DNA of 62,807 nt, the filler included. It is 6 parts of 6 records of this genome, joined end to end, with 100 filler letters (N's around TTAATTAATTAA, not from the genome) between each part and the next. Parts side by side here need not be neighbours in the genome. Positions count along the whole stretch, not along the records: positions 16,632 to 30,189 come from SRR31156797_26509; positions 30,290 to 45,028 come from SRR31156797_26513; 4 more parts are not named here. One strand, given 5' to 3'. The position numbers were made by a program, and so were the translations under genes. Below the pieces are notes generated by a model. That model was given only the letters and a program-made list of their open reading frames with translations. It made no database searches and was not told the DNA's origin. Position 1 is the stretch's first letter. Each line of letters opens with the position of its first letter. This document shows, one piece after another, positions 29,487 through 39,659 of this stretch.

Positions 29487-29556
29487 GCAATTCACAGTGC
29501 AAATACCAATCTTTCATTGCACATTCTTTGCATAACCATCCAAACGGAGGATATCC

Positions 29557-30189
29557 ATGAAACGTATTCTTAATGTAGTTTTTCTGTTAGCCCTCGTCTC
29601 CCTGTCTCTGCTCAGCGTCTCCTGCGGCAAGAAACAGGAGAGCGCAGCCGCTCCCGAGGCAGCCGAAGCCGTTGAGCCCGTAGAGATTCAGTTCTGGACA
29701 AGACAGACACAGAGCGACAGACAGGAACAGATCCAGGCTCTCATCGACGTATTCAACATCCTGAATCCGGATGTGAAGGTGACCATGCTCGCCGTTGAGG
29801 AGAATGAGTTCCCCCAGCAGCTGGCCGCCGCCGGCGCCGCCAACCGCCCTAACCTGATAGAGATCAGCGCCTACCGCTCCATGAGCTTTTACGAAGAAGG
29901 CCTGGTGGACTCCGCCGCCACAGGCGAGGTTGTGGACATGATAGGCAAGGACGCCTTCTACCCCGGCTCCCTCGACGGCGTAAAGATGAGCGACGGCAAG
30001 TACTTCGGCGTCCCCTTCCACTTCTCCGCTCAGGGTTTCTGGTACAGAAAGGACTGGTTCGAAGAGGCCGGACTCGAGCCCCCCACGACCTGGGAAGCCA
30101 TCCTGAAAGCGGCCGAGTACTTCACCGATCCCTCCAGCAAACAGTACGGTATCCTGATCGGAACCAAGCCCGAAGGCTATACCCAGCAG
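29557..30189 (+). CDS. Carbohydrate ABC transporter solute-binding lipoprotein, 5' fragment
   Basis: Lipobox SVSC; YFGVPF...YRKDWFEEAGL..PTTWE; GGAGG RBS; truncated by the contig end. Confidence 0.88.
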
Positions 30190-30289
30190 NNNNNNNNNNN
30201 NNNNNNNNNNNNNNNNNNNNNNNNNNNNNNNNNTTAATTAATTAANNNNNNNNNNNNNNNNNNNNNNNNNNNNNNNNNNNNNNNNNNNN
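30190..30289. other. Artificial contig spacer
   Basis: N44-TTAATTAATTAA-N44. Confidence 0.98.
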
Positions 30290-30382
30290 AAGGAGTTTGT
30301 GGAGCGAAACAGAAGTAAATTGATGGTGACAAGCAAGGAAGGCGAAGGAAGCGAATTCAGTTTTTATATGCAGCAAGTTGAA
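30290..30382 (+). CDS. 3' end of a sensor histidine kinase (HATPase_c)
   Basis: Manual translation KEFVERNRSKLMVTSKEGEGSEFSFLYAAS* matches the HATPase_c C-terminal pattern. Confidence 0.65.
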
Positions 30383-30427
30383 GATAGCACCGATGAAAAG
30401 ACCGTTTCAGATAAATAGGTTTCATGC

Positions 30428-30470
30428 AAAAAAAAGAGCCAAAAGGAAATGATAATTTCCCCTTGGCTCT
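30428..30470 (-). terminator. Intrinsic terminator of the three-gene secreted-protein operon
   Basis: AGAGCCAA..GGAAAT-gata-ATTTCC..TTGGCTCT stem with an A8 run giving a U-tract on the minus strand. Confidence 0.8.
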
Positions 30471-30492
30471 GTAATTCATGCTGTTATATGGT

Positions 30493-30723
30493 TTATTCTG
30501 CCAGTTTTTTCTTCTTGTAATCGTACACTTTTTTACCACCGTATGCCGCACCAAGTGCAAATAGAATTAGCAGGCCGCCGCCAATGGGTGCGCCACCGCC
30601 GCCAACATAACCTCCGCCGCCTTGTGGAGGCGGATCGCCGGGAGGAGGTGGGTCCTGGGCAATAGTTGAAGTGCTAAATAAAATAGCTGAAATTAAGCAT
30701 ATACCATAAAATATCTTTTTCAT
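30493..30723 (-). CDS. 76-aa PID-CTERM-like protein
   Basis: Signal peptide, Pro/Gly linker, APIGGG followed by a TM and YGGKKVYDYKKKK; GGAGG RBS. Confidence 0.85.
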   Translation of the reverse strand: MKKIFYGICLISAILFSTSTIAQDPPPPGDPPPQGGGGYVGGGGAPIGGGLLILFALGAAYGGKKVYDYKKKKLAE

Positions 30724-30732
30724 GTTCCCTCC

Positions 30733-32226
30733 TTAGTTTATCAGAACTTTACCAGTTGAGCGCTGGTTGTCGGTTATTAATTCTACCATGTAAGCACCTG
30801 AAGTCAGGTTAACATTCACTGAAAATCTTTCACCGCTCAAGTTAATATCACTGGTGAAAACCGGCTGTCCCAGGATGTTGTATACATTAAATGTTCCTGT
30901 ACCTGATATCCCTGTGGTAGGAATGATGTTGATTTGACCTGTGGAATAATACACCACCAAATCATCCTTTTGGACATCATTAATACCATAAGCTTCCTTG
31001 AAGGAGATTTCAAAACGGTCAGGATCATCGCCAGACTGTGCAGTGAACACATAATCATCAATCGTCATCAGGTTTGTAATGATCCCGGTAACTTTATCTC
31101 TGAGATAAATGGCATTCATATCTGGGTCTGAAGACACATCCTTAAGATGCATTTTGAAAATATTACCTGCTGTTCCGGCCTGAAAGTGCAATGGCAGGAT
31201 CATCTCATCATCGAAATTTCCTAAAGCACTACTGGCAAGGCTATGTTCCGACTTTTTCAGGAATAGGTCAGGAACCTCTTCCGTAGGTGAAAACCATTTT
31301 TTGGCATCAAATTCATTGAATGTTGAACTACCGTCGGGGCGGAAATCAATCAGTACTTCATCACCCCATTGTTCATCGGTTTCCTCAACACCAAGTTTAA
31401 ACCATGACCAGTTGCTTTTTAGTATGGTTTGGCTGCTACCTGCATGCACTCTAACGTTATTATCCATCGACAATACAGGAGAGGACGCTGTAGCCAGTGC
31501 GAAAAATCCCTGACCGGGTATTATTATATTTGATACTCCATATGTACCTGTTCCTGCATCTTTAACATACGAACCATATTGTTCTTCCGTGCCATTCCAA
31601 ATGTAAATGGTATTCCCAATGTTAGTGCGTGTCCAACCAGATGTTGCATTCCAGTCAATCGCAGATGTATAGGGGTTCCCTACCAGATTATAACCATGTT
31701 GAGCATCGGTATATGCCACCGTAGGTGAAACAGTTCCCGAATTAAGGGCTTCTGAGGTTGTAGAGGTGTATTCAACAGATTTTGTACCCGGGTTGGGTGT
31801 TCCACTGGAAAATGAATATAACGCATAGCCTTTACCGGGAATGAGTTCAACATCGGTTGGAAGAATATAATCACCCCAGTCGTGTGTTGATTCCACAAAA
31901 GGCTTCAGCCACATTTCATAGAAGGTAAATGAAACGGCATCCGTGAGGGGTGAGGATACATAGTGCCATTTATCAGCAACGATATAGGATTGTACGATGG
32001 TCTCAGCTCCGGTGCCTGACACCGTAATGGTGTTGTTGGCATCATCGTCCACCAGCAATGAACCCATGCCATCAGCTGTAGCTAGTATTTTCAGGTCGCC
32101 ATCCAGCACACGAAGATATAATCCGTTGGATACCGACACATAGGTGTCTTCTCCGATGGTAAGGCCCTGCGGTAGCACAAACATCGGTATCAACACACTT
32201 ATTATGAGTAGTAGTTTGGTTTTCAT
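30733..32226 (-). CDS. T9SS type A CTD surface protein
   Basis: Start MKTKLLLII; WHYVSSP, GYNLVGNPY.SAIDW and PGQGFF motifs; CTD VYNILGQ...SGAYMV...KVLIN. Confidence 0.85.
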   Translation of the reverse strand: MKTKLLLIISVLIPMFVLPQGLTIGEDTYVSVSNGLYLRVLDGDLKILATADGMGSLLVDDDANNTITVSGTGAETIVQSYIVADKWHYVSSPLTDAVSFTFYEMWLKPFVESTHDWGDYILPTDVELIPGKGYALYSFSSGTPNPGTKSVEYTSTTSEALNSGTVSPTVAYTDAQHGYNLVGNPYTSAIDWNATSGWTRTNIGNTIYIWNGTEEQYGSYVKDAGTGTYGVSNIIIPGQGFFALATASSPVLSMDNNVRVHAGSSQTILKSNWSWFKLGVEETDEQWGDEVLIDFRPDGSSTFNEFDAKKWFSPTEEVPDLFLKKSEHSLASSALGNFDDEMILPLHFQAGTAGNIFKMHLKDVSSDPDMNAIYLRDKVTGIITNLMTIDDYVFTAQSGDDPDRFEISFKEAYGINDVQKDDLVVYYSTGQINIIPTTGISGTGTFNVYNILGQPVFTSDINLSGERFSVNVNLTSGAYMVELITDNQRSTGKVLIN

Positions 32227-32233
32227 AACGCAA

Positions 32234-33178
32234 CTATTTAGTATATTCTGTTGCGCTTCCAAAGCCGTCAATTTCATAGTGGAAATCGATGGAAAGTAAC
32301 GCTGCATCATCATTAAGGTCATCATTAGTATCACCGCCATCTCTATATAACCGACACATAAGAATGCTACTTATTGTTTTAGTTGATCCTGATGTTCCTG
32401 AAATTCCAGTTCCGAGGGGTGTTAATGTGGACTGCCGTTGACTTAAATCGATTGAGGGTACTCCACCAACATCATTATACAACAAATATCCTGATGCTGA
32501 AGTTGATGTAGTAGCTGTAAATGCAGTGCCTAAATTTACCCACTGGTATTCCAATACCCATGTAGCACGTGTTGTTCCAGCTGCATTCATTGGAGCCCAA
32601 TGAATATGAGGATAAATTGTACTTCCTTCTTTATAATCGTGAGGAATCTGAACTGAAAAGTTGATTTCCTGGGTTGCAGATTTATCAAATAGCCATGTAT
32701 AGATATTTGTAGCAACAAAAGGTCCCCAATCAGGCGTTGAACCACCACTGTTTTTTGCAGTAGCAGGATTCACTAAAAAGTCGTTCCAGCAAGTTGCTGT
32801 ACCATTCAATGATACCGTTCCGTCAGCAGTAACAGTGAAATTGTTGGTTGCATCTCCAACAACTATTTGATCAATATTAACTACTCCTGAGCTGGTTGCA
32901 GATGAAACTTCGTACCAGGCATCATTTTGATAAACCCAAAATGAGCTTGTTGCATTAGAATAAACAATCATCCCATTGGTTGGTGAAGTTACAGAGGCTG
33001 TGCTTGTCAAGCGGGTTATCACCATTCCTTTTGACAGAGAATACACATCCAAAATTGCACCACTTGCAGGTGTTGTATAACTTGCATCATCGGTTACAAT
33101 AACTTCCTGAGCCCGGATACTACCCGCATATATTGAAGACATCAATATAATTGCAATGAGAAAATAGATTTTTTTCAT
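32234..33178 (-). CDS. Secreted hypothetical protein (A.LDV.S..KG..I.R head, PHDYKEG...PHIHW domain)
   Basis: Signal peptide ending AQ; Ser/Thr-rich; no T9SS CTD. Confidence 0.8.
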   Translation of the reverse strand: MKKIYFLIAIILMSSIYAGSIRAQEVIVTDDASYTTPASGAILDVYSLSKGMVITRLTSTASVTSPTNGMIVYSNATSSFWVYQNDAWYEVSSATSSGVVNIDQIVVGDATNNFTVTADGTVSLNGTATCWNDFLVNPATAKNSGGSTPDWGPFVATNIYTWLFDKSATQEINFSVQIPHDYKEGSTIYPHIHWAPMNAAGTTRATWVLEYQWVNLGTAFTATTSTSASGYLLYNDVGGVPSIDLSQRQSTLTPLGTGISGTSGSTKTISSILMCRLYRDGGDTNDDLNDDAALLSIDFHYEIDGFGSATEYTK

Positions 33179-33723
33179 GTTTTTTACTGGTTTAAATTAA
33201 TATTTGCTCTAATTAGTTAGCGTTCTAATGGAAACAATATTAACATTTAATTAACAATTACGCACCACAATACCTTATTTTTAACAAACTTTTAAAAATC
33301 AGCCATTTAGATTTTTATCAGGGCGTTTATAATTTTTACAAATTCATCAAACAAAGATGAAATCGAATAGCTAAAATCCATCTGGATTTAAAATGTAACA
33401 GTATATAAATCCAGCATATACATTATTTTGATGACAAATATCAACCCAATATGGATCATTATCAATATGTTTTGTTTAAGAGAAGTGGATTACACTCAAT
33501 CAATACTTAATTAATGTGAAAATACAAAAACCAAAATGATCAAAAACTTAATTTGAGATTGTTAGCAAGGAGTTTTAGTACATAAAAAAACCATCGTGTA
33601 AGTCTAAAAAATTGCATCCTTCCTGAGAAAATGGATAAAGGCCTATAACAAACCATTTGGCCAACTATGGCACTGGCAAATAAAAAACAACCATCTATAA
33701 ATCCATTACATCAAAATATCCGT

Positions 33724-33731
33724 TAATTTTG
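33724..33731 (+). promoter_or_regulatory. Bacteroidota -7 promoter element
   Basis: TAATTTTG matches TAnnTTTG, just upstream of 33769. Confidence 0.5.
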
Positions 33732-33768
33732 TATACTTCGGACTATAATTCATTTAAAATGTAAAAAC

Positions 33769-35466
33769 ATGAAAAACCTGGCACTACTCCTATCACTCAC
33801 TTTTTACTTTGCAGCAATACTCAGCAACTTCACTTTTGCTCAAAACAATTCCAAAAAGCACCTATACCACGAAGAAATTCAGGACCCTTACATGCCCAAT
33901 GCTTATGGCAACAAAAAGACATCACCGGCATATCAATCCCGTGATGACTTCTTTTACATGACCCAGGTAAATGTAAATGAGGATGGAGAAAACATTATCG
34001 GTGACGCTGGCAACGAGCCTTCAATTGCCGTTGATCCTACCAACCCCAACCGTATGATCATTGGATGGAGACAATTTGACAATATCAGTTCAAACTTCCG
34101 GCAGGCCGGATTTGGTTTTACGGAAGATGGTGGCGAAACATGGACTTTCCCCGAAGTGATTGATGGTGGTGTTTTTCGTTCCGACCCGGTGCTGGATGCC
34201 GACTCAGATGGTAACATATACTACAACAGCCTTACCAGTAATTTTGGCGATTACACCTGCGATGTATTTAAAATCCCAGCCGAAAGTTTTGAATGGGATG
34301 ATGGCACTGACGCCCAGGGTGGCGACAAACAATGGATGGTTATCGACAGAACTGGTGGCATTGGCGATGGTAACATTTATTCATTCTGGACTTCATTTTA
34401 CAGCATTTGTTATCCCGGATTTTTTACCCGTTCAGTAAATGGAGGCAACAGTTACGAAGATTGTGTGATGATTGACGGCGACCCCAACTGGGGAACCATG
34501 GCCGTTGGCCCCGATGGTGAACTTTATATTGTTGGTGAAGGCTGGAGCGAAGAAATTATCGTTGCAAAATCAACATCAGCATCAGAACCAGAACTACCTG
34601 TGAATTTTGAATCCTACTCCGAGGTTGACCTCGATGGTGAGCTTGGAATATATCCAAGTGTAAATCCAGCCGGATTAATGGGTCAGGCAGATATTGATGT
34701 GGACGTATCCGGAGGACCAGGCCATGGAAATGTGTATGTGGTGGCTTCGGTTAACCGATATTCCAACACCGATCCCGGCGATGTGATGTTTGCCCGTTCA
34801 ACCGACGGAGGACAAACCTGGGAGAATCCGATTCGCATAAACGATGATGAATTTGTAATAGACCACCAATGGTTTGCTACCATGTCTGTGGCACCAAACG
34901 GCCGTATTGATATCGTTTGGCTCGACACCCGAAACTCACCCGGAAATTCTGTTGCATCGCAGCTCTATTATGCCTATTCTTTAGACCAGGGTGAAAACTG
35001 GTCGGCCAACTTTGAACTTTCTGAAATGTTTGATCCACACCTGGGCTGGCCAAACCAGGATAAGATGGGCGACTATTTTGACATGCGCTCGGATGATGAA
35101 AGTGCACATCTGGCCTGGGCCGGAACTTTTAACGGCGAACAGGATGTTTATTATGGAAGGATTTCTCCACTGGTAACATCTGTTGCTGAGTTTGGCACTG
35201 AGAATAATCCACTCTCATTATCCTGTTATCCAAATCCGGCAAGCGACAAAACGACAATCCGCTACACAGCTCCGGAAAACAGCGAAGTTACACTCACGTT
35301 TTGTGACATATATGGCAAAGAGATTAAAAACATCCAGGAATCAGTTGTTTCACAAACTCAGAACCATGTTGAGCTGGACACAAGGGATTTGGCCAACGGT
35401 TTTTATATGTGCAAACTACAAGCCGGCGAGTGGAACAAAAGTGTGAAGGTGATGGTGGTGAGGTAA
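33769..35466 (+). CDS. BNR/Asp-box (sialidase-fold) beta-propeller with T9SS CTD
   Basis: Asp boxes TEDGGETW, SVNGGNSY, STDGGQTW and SLDQGENW; GDY motif; YPNP...G.Y..K CTD. Confidence 0.88.
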   Translation: MKNLALLLSLTFYFAAILSNFTFAQNNSKKHLYHEEIQDPYMPNAYGNKKTSPAYQSRDDFFYMTQVNVNEDGENIIGDAGNEPSIAVDPTNPNRMIIGWRQFDNISSNFRQAGFGFTEDGGETWTFPEVIDGGVFRSDPVLDADSDGNIYYNSLTSNFGDYTCDVFKIPAESFEWDDGTDAQGGDKQWMVIDRTGGIGDGNIYSFWTSFYSICYPGFFTRSVNGGNSYEDCVMIDGDPNWGTMAVGPDGELYIVGEGWSEEIIVAKSTSASEPELPVNFESYSEVDLDGELGIYPSVNPAGLMGQADIDVDVSGGPGHGNVYVVASVNRYSNTDPGDVMFARSTDGGQTWENPIRINDDEFVIDHQWFATMSVAPNGRIDIVWLDTRNSPGNSVASQLYYAYSLDQGENWSANFELSEMFDPHLGWPNQDKMGDYFDMRSDDESAHLAWAGTFNGEQDVYYGRISPLVTSVAEFGTENNPLSLSCYPNPASDKTTIRYTAPENSEVTLTFCDIYGKEIKNIQESVVSQTQNHVELDTRDLANGFYMCKLQAGEWNKSVKVMVVR

Positions 35467-35679
35467 CTTGATTAGTTTGTGAAAATTCTAGATCGTGTAA
35501 TGATTGAACCTATTCGGGCCTGAAGTATAAAGTGGGTGAGACCAGTTGCGTTTCAGTGTAACTACTTTACTATGAGGAAAATATAATTATTGCTTTTCAA
35601 AACATCATTACACCACACACTTTTTAAGATACAATTTTATCGGGCGTTCTACTTCGGATAAATGTACCATCTTTTTATT

Positions 35680-36975
35680 TTACCAAATAGTTATTCTCAA
35701 ATCGTCAGGTATATAGTATTTTGATTTTGTATCAATATCGAATGCTTCATAAAATTCATCTTGATTATAAATTGGACCTATTGCCCTAAATTTTTGTGGT
35801 GCGTGTATTCTATTTAAAGTAGAAATTTCAAATTCCGGAGTGGCCTTTTCTCTCCAAAATTTGGCATATGCCAAAAAATAACTTCTGTTTATTTCAAGCT
35901 CTTTCTCTTCAGAATAATGTGAATAATTTTCTTTAGTAAATTGTTGTAATGCCAACAAAGAAATTTCTACTCCACATAAATCTGCAAAATTCTCCTGCAA
36001 TGTTTTTTCCCCATTCACAAAGTATACATCTTGAACTGAATATTGGTTGAATTGCTCGATTAGTGAGTTATTAATATTCTTCCAATCTTTTTTATTGAAT
36101 TTTCTTCCATACCTATCTAATGCATGTGTCATCTCATGTGCAATCGTTCTGCCGATTGTTGCAAACCATTCAACAGGATTATTTTCATTTGAAGAATTTA
36201 AATCAAATAAAGCACCAGCATATATTTTTACTATGTTCTCCTTAAAATCATACATGCAGTCAGTTTCGAATGGAGGTGATGACCAATTTGGTTTTTCTGA
36301 TTTTATTTTTCCCTGATAATCTTCAGTTATCTGAATGTTCTTTTCTAAATATTTTACTGATAGCAAAGGCATTGTGGGAAAATGGGATATATCAGGTGAA
36401 CCAATAATAAATTGAATATTGTCTAATTTTGCAAGGAAGAACTCAACATTATTGTCACTAATATGGTCACTATTCTCAATTTTTTGCTTATAAGCCAAAG
36501 TCAAATACTTTATTAATTCCTTTATTTTTTCTTCTTTATCAGTCGGAATTGTGATTTTTGAAAATATTACACCAAATATCATTGGATAATACTTTTGAAT
36601 AAAATAAACCCTTTTTCTTTTATCAGGAATATTTTCAGCTGCACTTTTGTAAAAATTTTGTAGCTGAACCAACATGTATTCAATGTTTTTTTCAAGTTCG
36701 TACTGAACATTTCCGGAAAGTATTTCAATTGACTTATCAATTATTGTATCCCAAAGAATCCCCCAATTATTGACTATGCTTTTATTATCAGAAATATTTA
36801 TGTTGTCTAACCACTCTTTGTTTGCATACTCGTAGAAATCTAAAATTTTATTTTTCTCCTGTCCATGTATTTTATTTGGACTGAAACAAAAAGCTATTAC
36901 AGCAACAACAAATACTGCTTTTATTACTATATCCTTTTGTCTTAATAATTGCATGTTCAAATCTAATAATTCCAT
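35680..36975 (-). CDS. M13 (neprilysin/PepO-like) metallopeptidase, shortened
   Basis: DFYEYAN..W, HEMTH, ENFAD and H.P..FR motifs. Confidence 0.85.
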   Translation of the reverse strand: MELLDLNMQLLRQKDIVIKAVFVVAVIAFCFSPNKIHGQEKNKILDFYEYANKEWLDNINISDNKSIVNNWGILWDTIIDKSIEILSGNVQYELEKNIEYMLVQLQNFYKSAAENIPDKRKRVYFIQKYYPMIFGVIFSKITIPTDKEEKIKELIKYLTLAYKQKIENSDHISDNNVEFFLAKLDNIQFIIGSPDISHFPTMPLLSVKYLEKNIQITEDYQGKIKSEKPNWSSPPFETDCMYDFKENIVKIYAGALFDLNSSNENNPVEWFATIGRTIAHEMTHALDRYGRKFNKKDWKNINNSLIEQFNQYSVQDVYFVNGEKTLQENFADLCGVEISLLALQQFTKENYSHYSEEKELEINRSYFLAYAKFWREKATPEFEISTLNRIHAPQKFRAIGPIYNQDEFYEAFDIDTKSKYYIPDDLRITIW

Positions 36976-37188
36976 ACGCTCTTCTTTCTAATCTTAATTA
37001 TTCAAGAAAATCATCAGTAAATTTTCGTGCACTTTCAGCGTGTCGCAATGAAACCACCTTACATTAAAGAATATTCAAGGCTAAGAAATACCCTGCACCA
37101 CTTATATTTTCATACATTATTGGTTTTGCACAAAGAATTTTAAACCAAAATCCTGTAATCAAAATTTATCGAGCTTAATTGAAATATA

Positions 37189-39585
37189 CTATTCTTCAGT
37201 AATACAATGAATTAAATTAATCTTTGCAACTTTAATGGATTGCAAAAGAATTGTTATACCGGCAATACAAAATCCAGTAATTGCTGATGCCAGTATTATG
37301 ATCCAGACACCTTGCACCTGGTATGTAAAAGAACTCAACCACTCCTTTGAATAAAACCATGAGGCAGACATTCCTATTATAACAGCTATTAGCATTCGGC
37401 TAAAATAGCTTGTCGAAACACTTTTGATAATATCACTGGTGGTACCACCGTATAATTTCCTGATTGCGACTTCTTTATTTTTACTTCTGTTAATGAATAC
37501 GGTTAGCCCGTAGAGGCCAATTGTAGCAATGATGATTGCCATCACAGCGAAATTCGTAAACATCTCCCCAACCCTGTTTTCTTCAGTGTAGTTTTCTTCG
37601 ATTTTGCCGGATAAAAAGGTAAAATCCGCTCTTTCGGGTAAATGTAGATCACTGAAAACATTTTCGGCTTTGCTAATAACTTCCTGAGGATCTCCGTGGT
37701 TAATCCTAAATCCCAACATTTTTTGATAGCTTTCTTTATCGGAATAATTTATAAACGCCGGAAGTATTTTTTGATGATACGACATAAAATGGAAATCTTT
37801 TAAAATCCCGATTACGGTAAAAATTTTCCCATTGCCGTCAATTGGCCTGAACCTCCTTCCAATAGGATTTATTCCATTAAAAAGGCCCGCCATGGTCTGA
37901 TTTATCAATACATTGTTTCTTTCCATCTTGTCATTACCAGAAAATCCTTCTCCTTTGATTATATTAAAATCCAAGAGATCGACGTAGTTCGAATCTGCAT
38001 GATAAGAAATTAGTATGTGCTCTCCATCTGTATCATATATCATATATTGATTGATCATAATCCCGCAAAATGGAAACCCGGAAGCAATCGAAACGTTTTC
38101 TATTTCGGGTATGGAAGAGAGTTCATTTTTAATGAGTTTCAGCGAATGGGATTCAGAATGGTTATCGAATTGTGAAGAATAGTTCTTCGGTTCTAATTTT
38201 AACAATACAACATTGTCTTTATCGAAGCCGAGGCTTGAATCACCTATATACTTCATTTGAAAATAAATAACTCCTGTCGTGCCAATGAGAAATATTGAGA
38301 TAGAAAACTGCAGAATCACCATAAAGTTTCTCAATCGCGATGGCAGGCTTCCGATGATAAACTTACCTTTCAGGGCATCTACCGGTTTGAGACCCGATAA
38401 ATACAATCCGGGATATACACCTGCCATTAAGCTTGTAATAAAAACTATTCCGAGACATGAAAGACTTAATTTCCAGTCAGAAAGGAAATTTAAATGAAGT
38501 TTTTTTTGAAGTATGGTATTAAATACCGGAAGCGTGATTTCGGAAAGCATTAGTGCAATAGCCAATGCAATGACACAAAAAATTAATGAATCAAACAGAA
38601 TTTGAAGAAAGAGTTGAAAACGGTTAACGCCAATAACTTTTCTCACCCCAATGCCTTTTAAACTTTTTAAAGAAATGGCAATATTCAGATTCATGTAATT
38701 GAAACATGCTATTAATAAAACGAATAAGGCAATTGTGGCAAATAGTATGATCCTTGAAAGACTACCGCCTCCATCATAATACAGGTATATCTGTTCCAGG
38801 GGTTGTAAACTTAGTGTGCATTTTGTTCCTTCTTCCGGAGACACATAAGAATCAATTATCGAAGGAAATTCAGCTTCCAGATCACATTTTAAATCTTTAT
38901 CCTGCAACTTTACATATGTATAGTATTTATTGTCACGCATTCCCCACCCTTCGGCAATTCCCTGACCTTTTTCCATCCTTTTTATTGACGAGATGGAACA
39001 GAGTATATCAAATTTAAGATGTGAGTTTTCGGGCACATTTTCGACAACTGCAGTTATCCTAAAACTGTATGCCTGATCAACTTTTACAACCTGCCCAACC
39101 GGATCGGTAACACCAAAAAATCTGTCGGCAATTTTTTGTGTAATTACCATGGAAAATGGCTCAGAAAGAGCGCCTTCCAGGACTCCGATTGTTGACCTCA
39201 AAGTGAATATGCTGAAGAACTCCGGATCAGCAAATACTATTTCTTCATCAAAATATCCGGAACCAACCTCAAAGGTAAATTTCTTTGGATCAGAAACCCT
39301 TGTTTGTTTTTCTACCTGAGGAAAATGAGCTAAAAGAAAAGGTCCTAAAGGAGCGAATACCTGTGCTCCAAACATTTGGTAGTTGCCGGCATCTGTTTCT
39401 TCGTAGAGGCGAAATATTCTTTCAGAATCCTGATAACAGGTATCGTAGGTTAATTCGTTTGAAATATATGCCGTAATAATTACAACAATGGCCAGTCCCA
39501 ACGACATCCCAACAAGGTTTATAACTGTGAATAGCGGGTTACGTTTTAGATTTCGGAATGCATTTCTAACAAAAAAAAGAATCAC
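37189..39585 (-). CDS. MacB/FtsX-type ABC permease (duplicated MacB_PCD-FtsX)
   Basis: FRNLKRN...INL.G.SLG, IACFNYMNL, GVRKVIG, LGFDKDNV and EVAIRK..G motifs. Confidence 0.92.
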   Translation of the reverse strand: MILFFVRNAFRNLKRNPLFTVINLVGMSLGLAIVVIITAYISNELTYDTCYQDSERIFRLYEETDAGNYQMFGAQVFAPLGPFLLAHFPQVEKQTRVSDPKKFTFEVGSGYFDEEIVFADPEFFSIFTLRSTIGVLEGALSEPFSMVITQKIADRFFGVTDPVGQVVKVDQAYSFRITAVVENVPENSHLKFDILCSISSIKRMEKGQGIAEGWGMRDNKYYTYVKLQDKDLKCDLEAEFPSIIDSYVSPEEGTKCTLSLQPLEQIYLYYDGGGSLSRIILFATIALFVLLIACFNYMNLNIAISLKSLKGIGVRKVIGVNRFQLFLQILFDSLIFCVIALAIALMLSEITLPVFNTILQKKLHLNFLSDWKLSLSCLGIVFITSLMAGVYPGLYLSGLKPVDALKGKFIIGSLPSRLRNFMVILQFSISIFLIGTTGVIYFQMKYIGDSSLGFDKDNVVLLKLEPKNYSSQFDNHSESHSLKLIKNELSSIPEIENVSIASGFPFCGIMINQYMIYDTDGEHILISYHADSNYVDLLDFNIIKGEGFSGNDKMERNNVLINQTMAGLFNGINPIGRRFRPIDGNGKIFTVIGILKDFHFMSYHQKILPAFINYSDKESYQKMLGFRINHGDPQEVISKAENVFSDLHLPERADFTFLSGKIEENYTEENRVGEMFTNFAVMAIIIATIGLYGLTVFINRSKNKEVAIRKLYGGTTSDIIKSVSTSYFSRMLIAVIIGMSASWFYSKEWLSSFTYQVQGVWIIILASAITGFCIAGITILLQSIKVAKINLIHCITEE

Positions 39586-39659
39586 GTTTATTAATTTTAT
39601 AACTTATATAGACTATGGATTAATACCGCTCCTTTTAAATATCCCACTGAAAGTTAATA

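Noticed and set aside
32227..32340. N-terminal extension of the 535-aa ORF
   Set aside because: It overlaps the upstream gene; the signal peptide begins at 32226.
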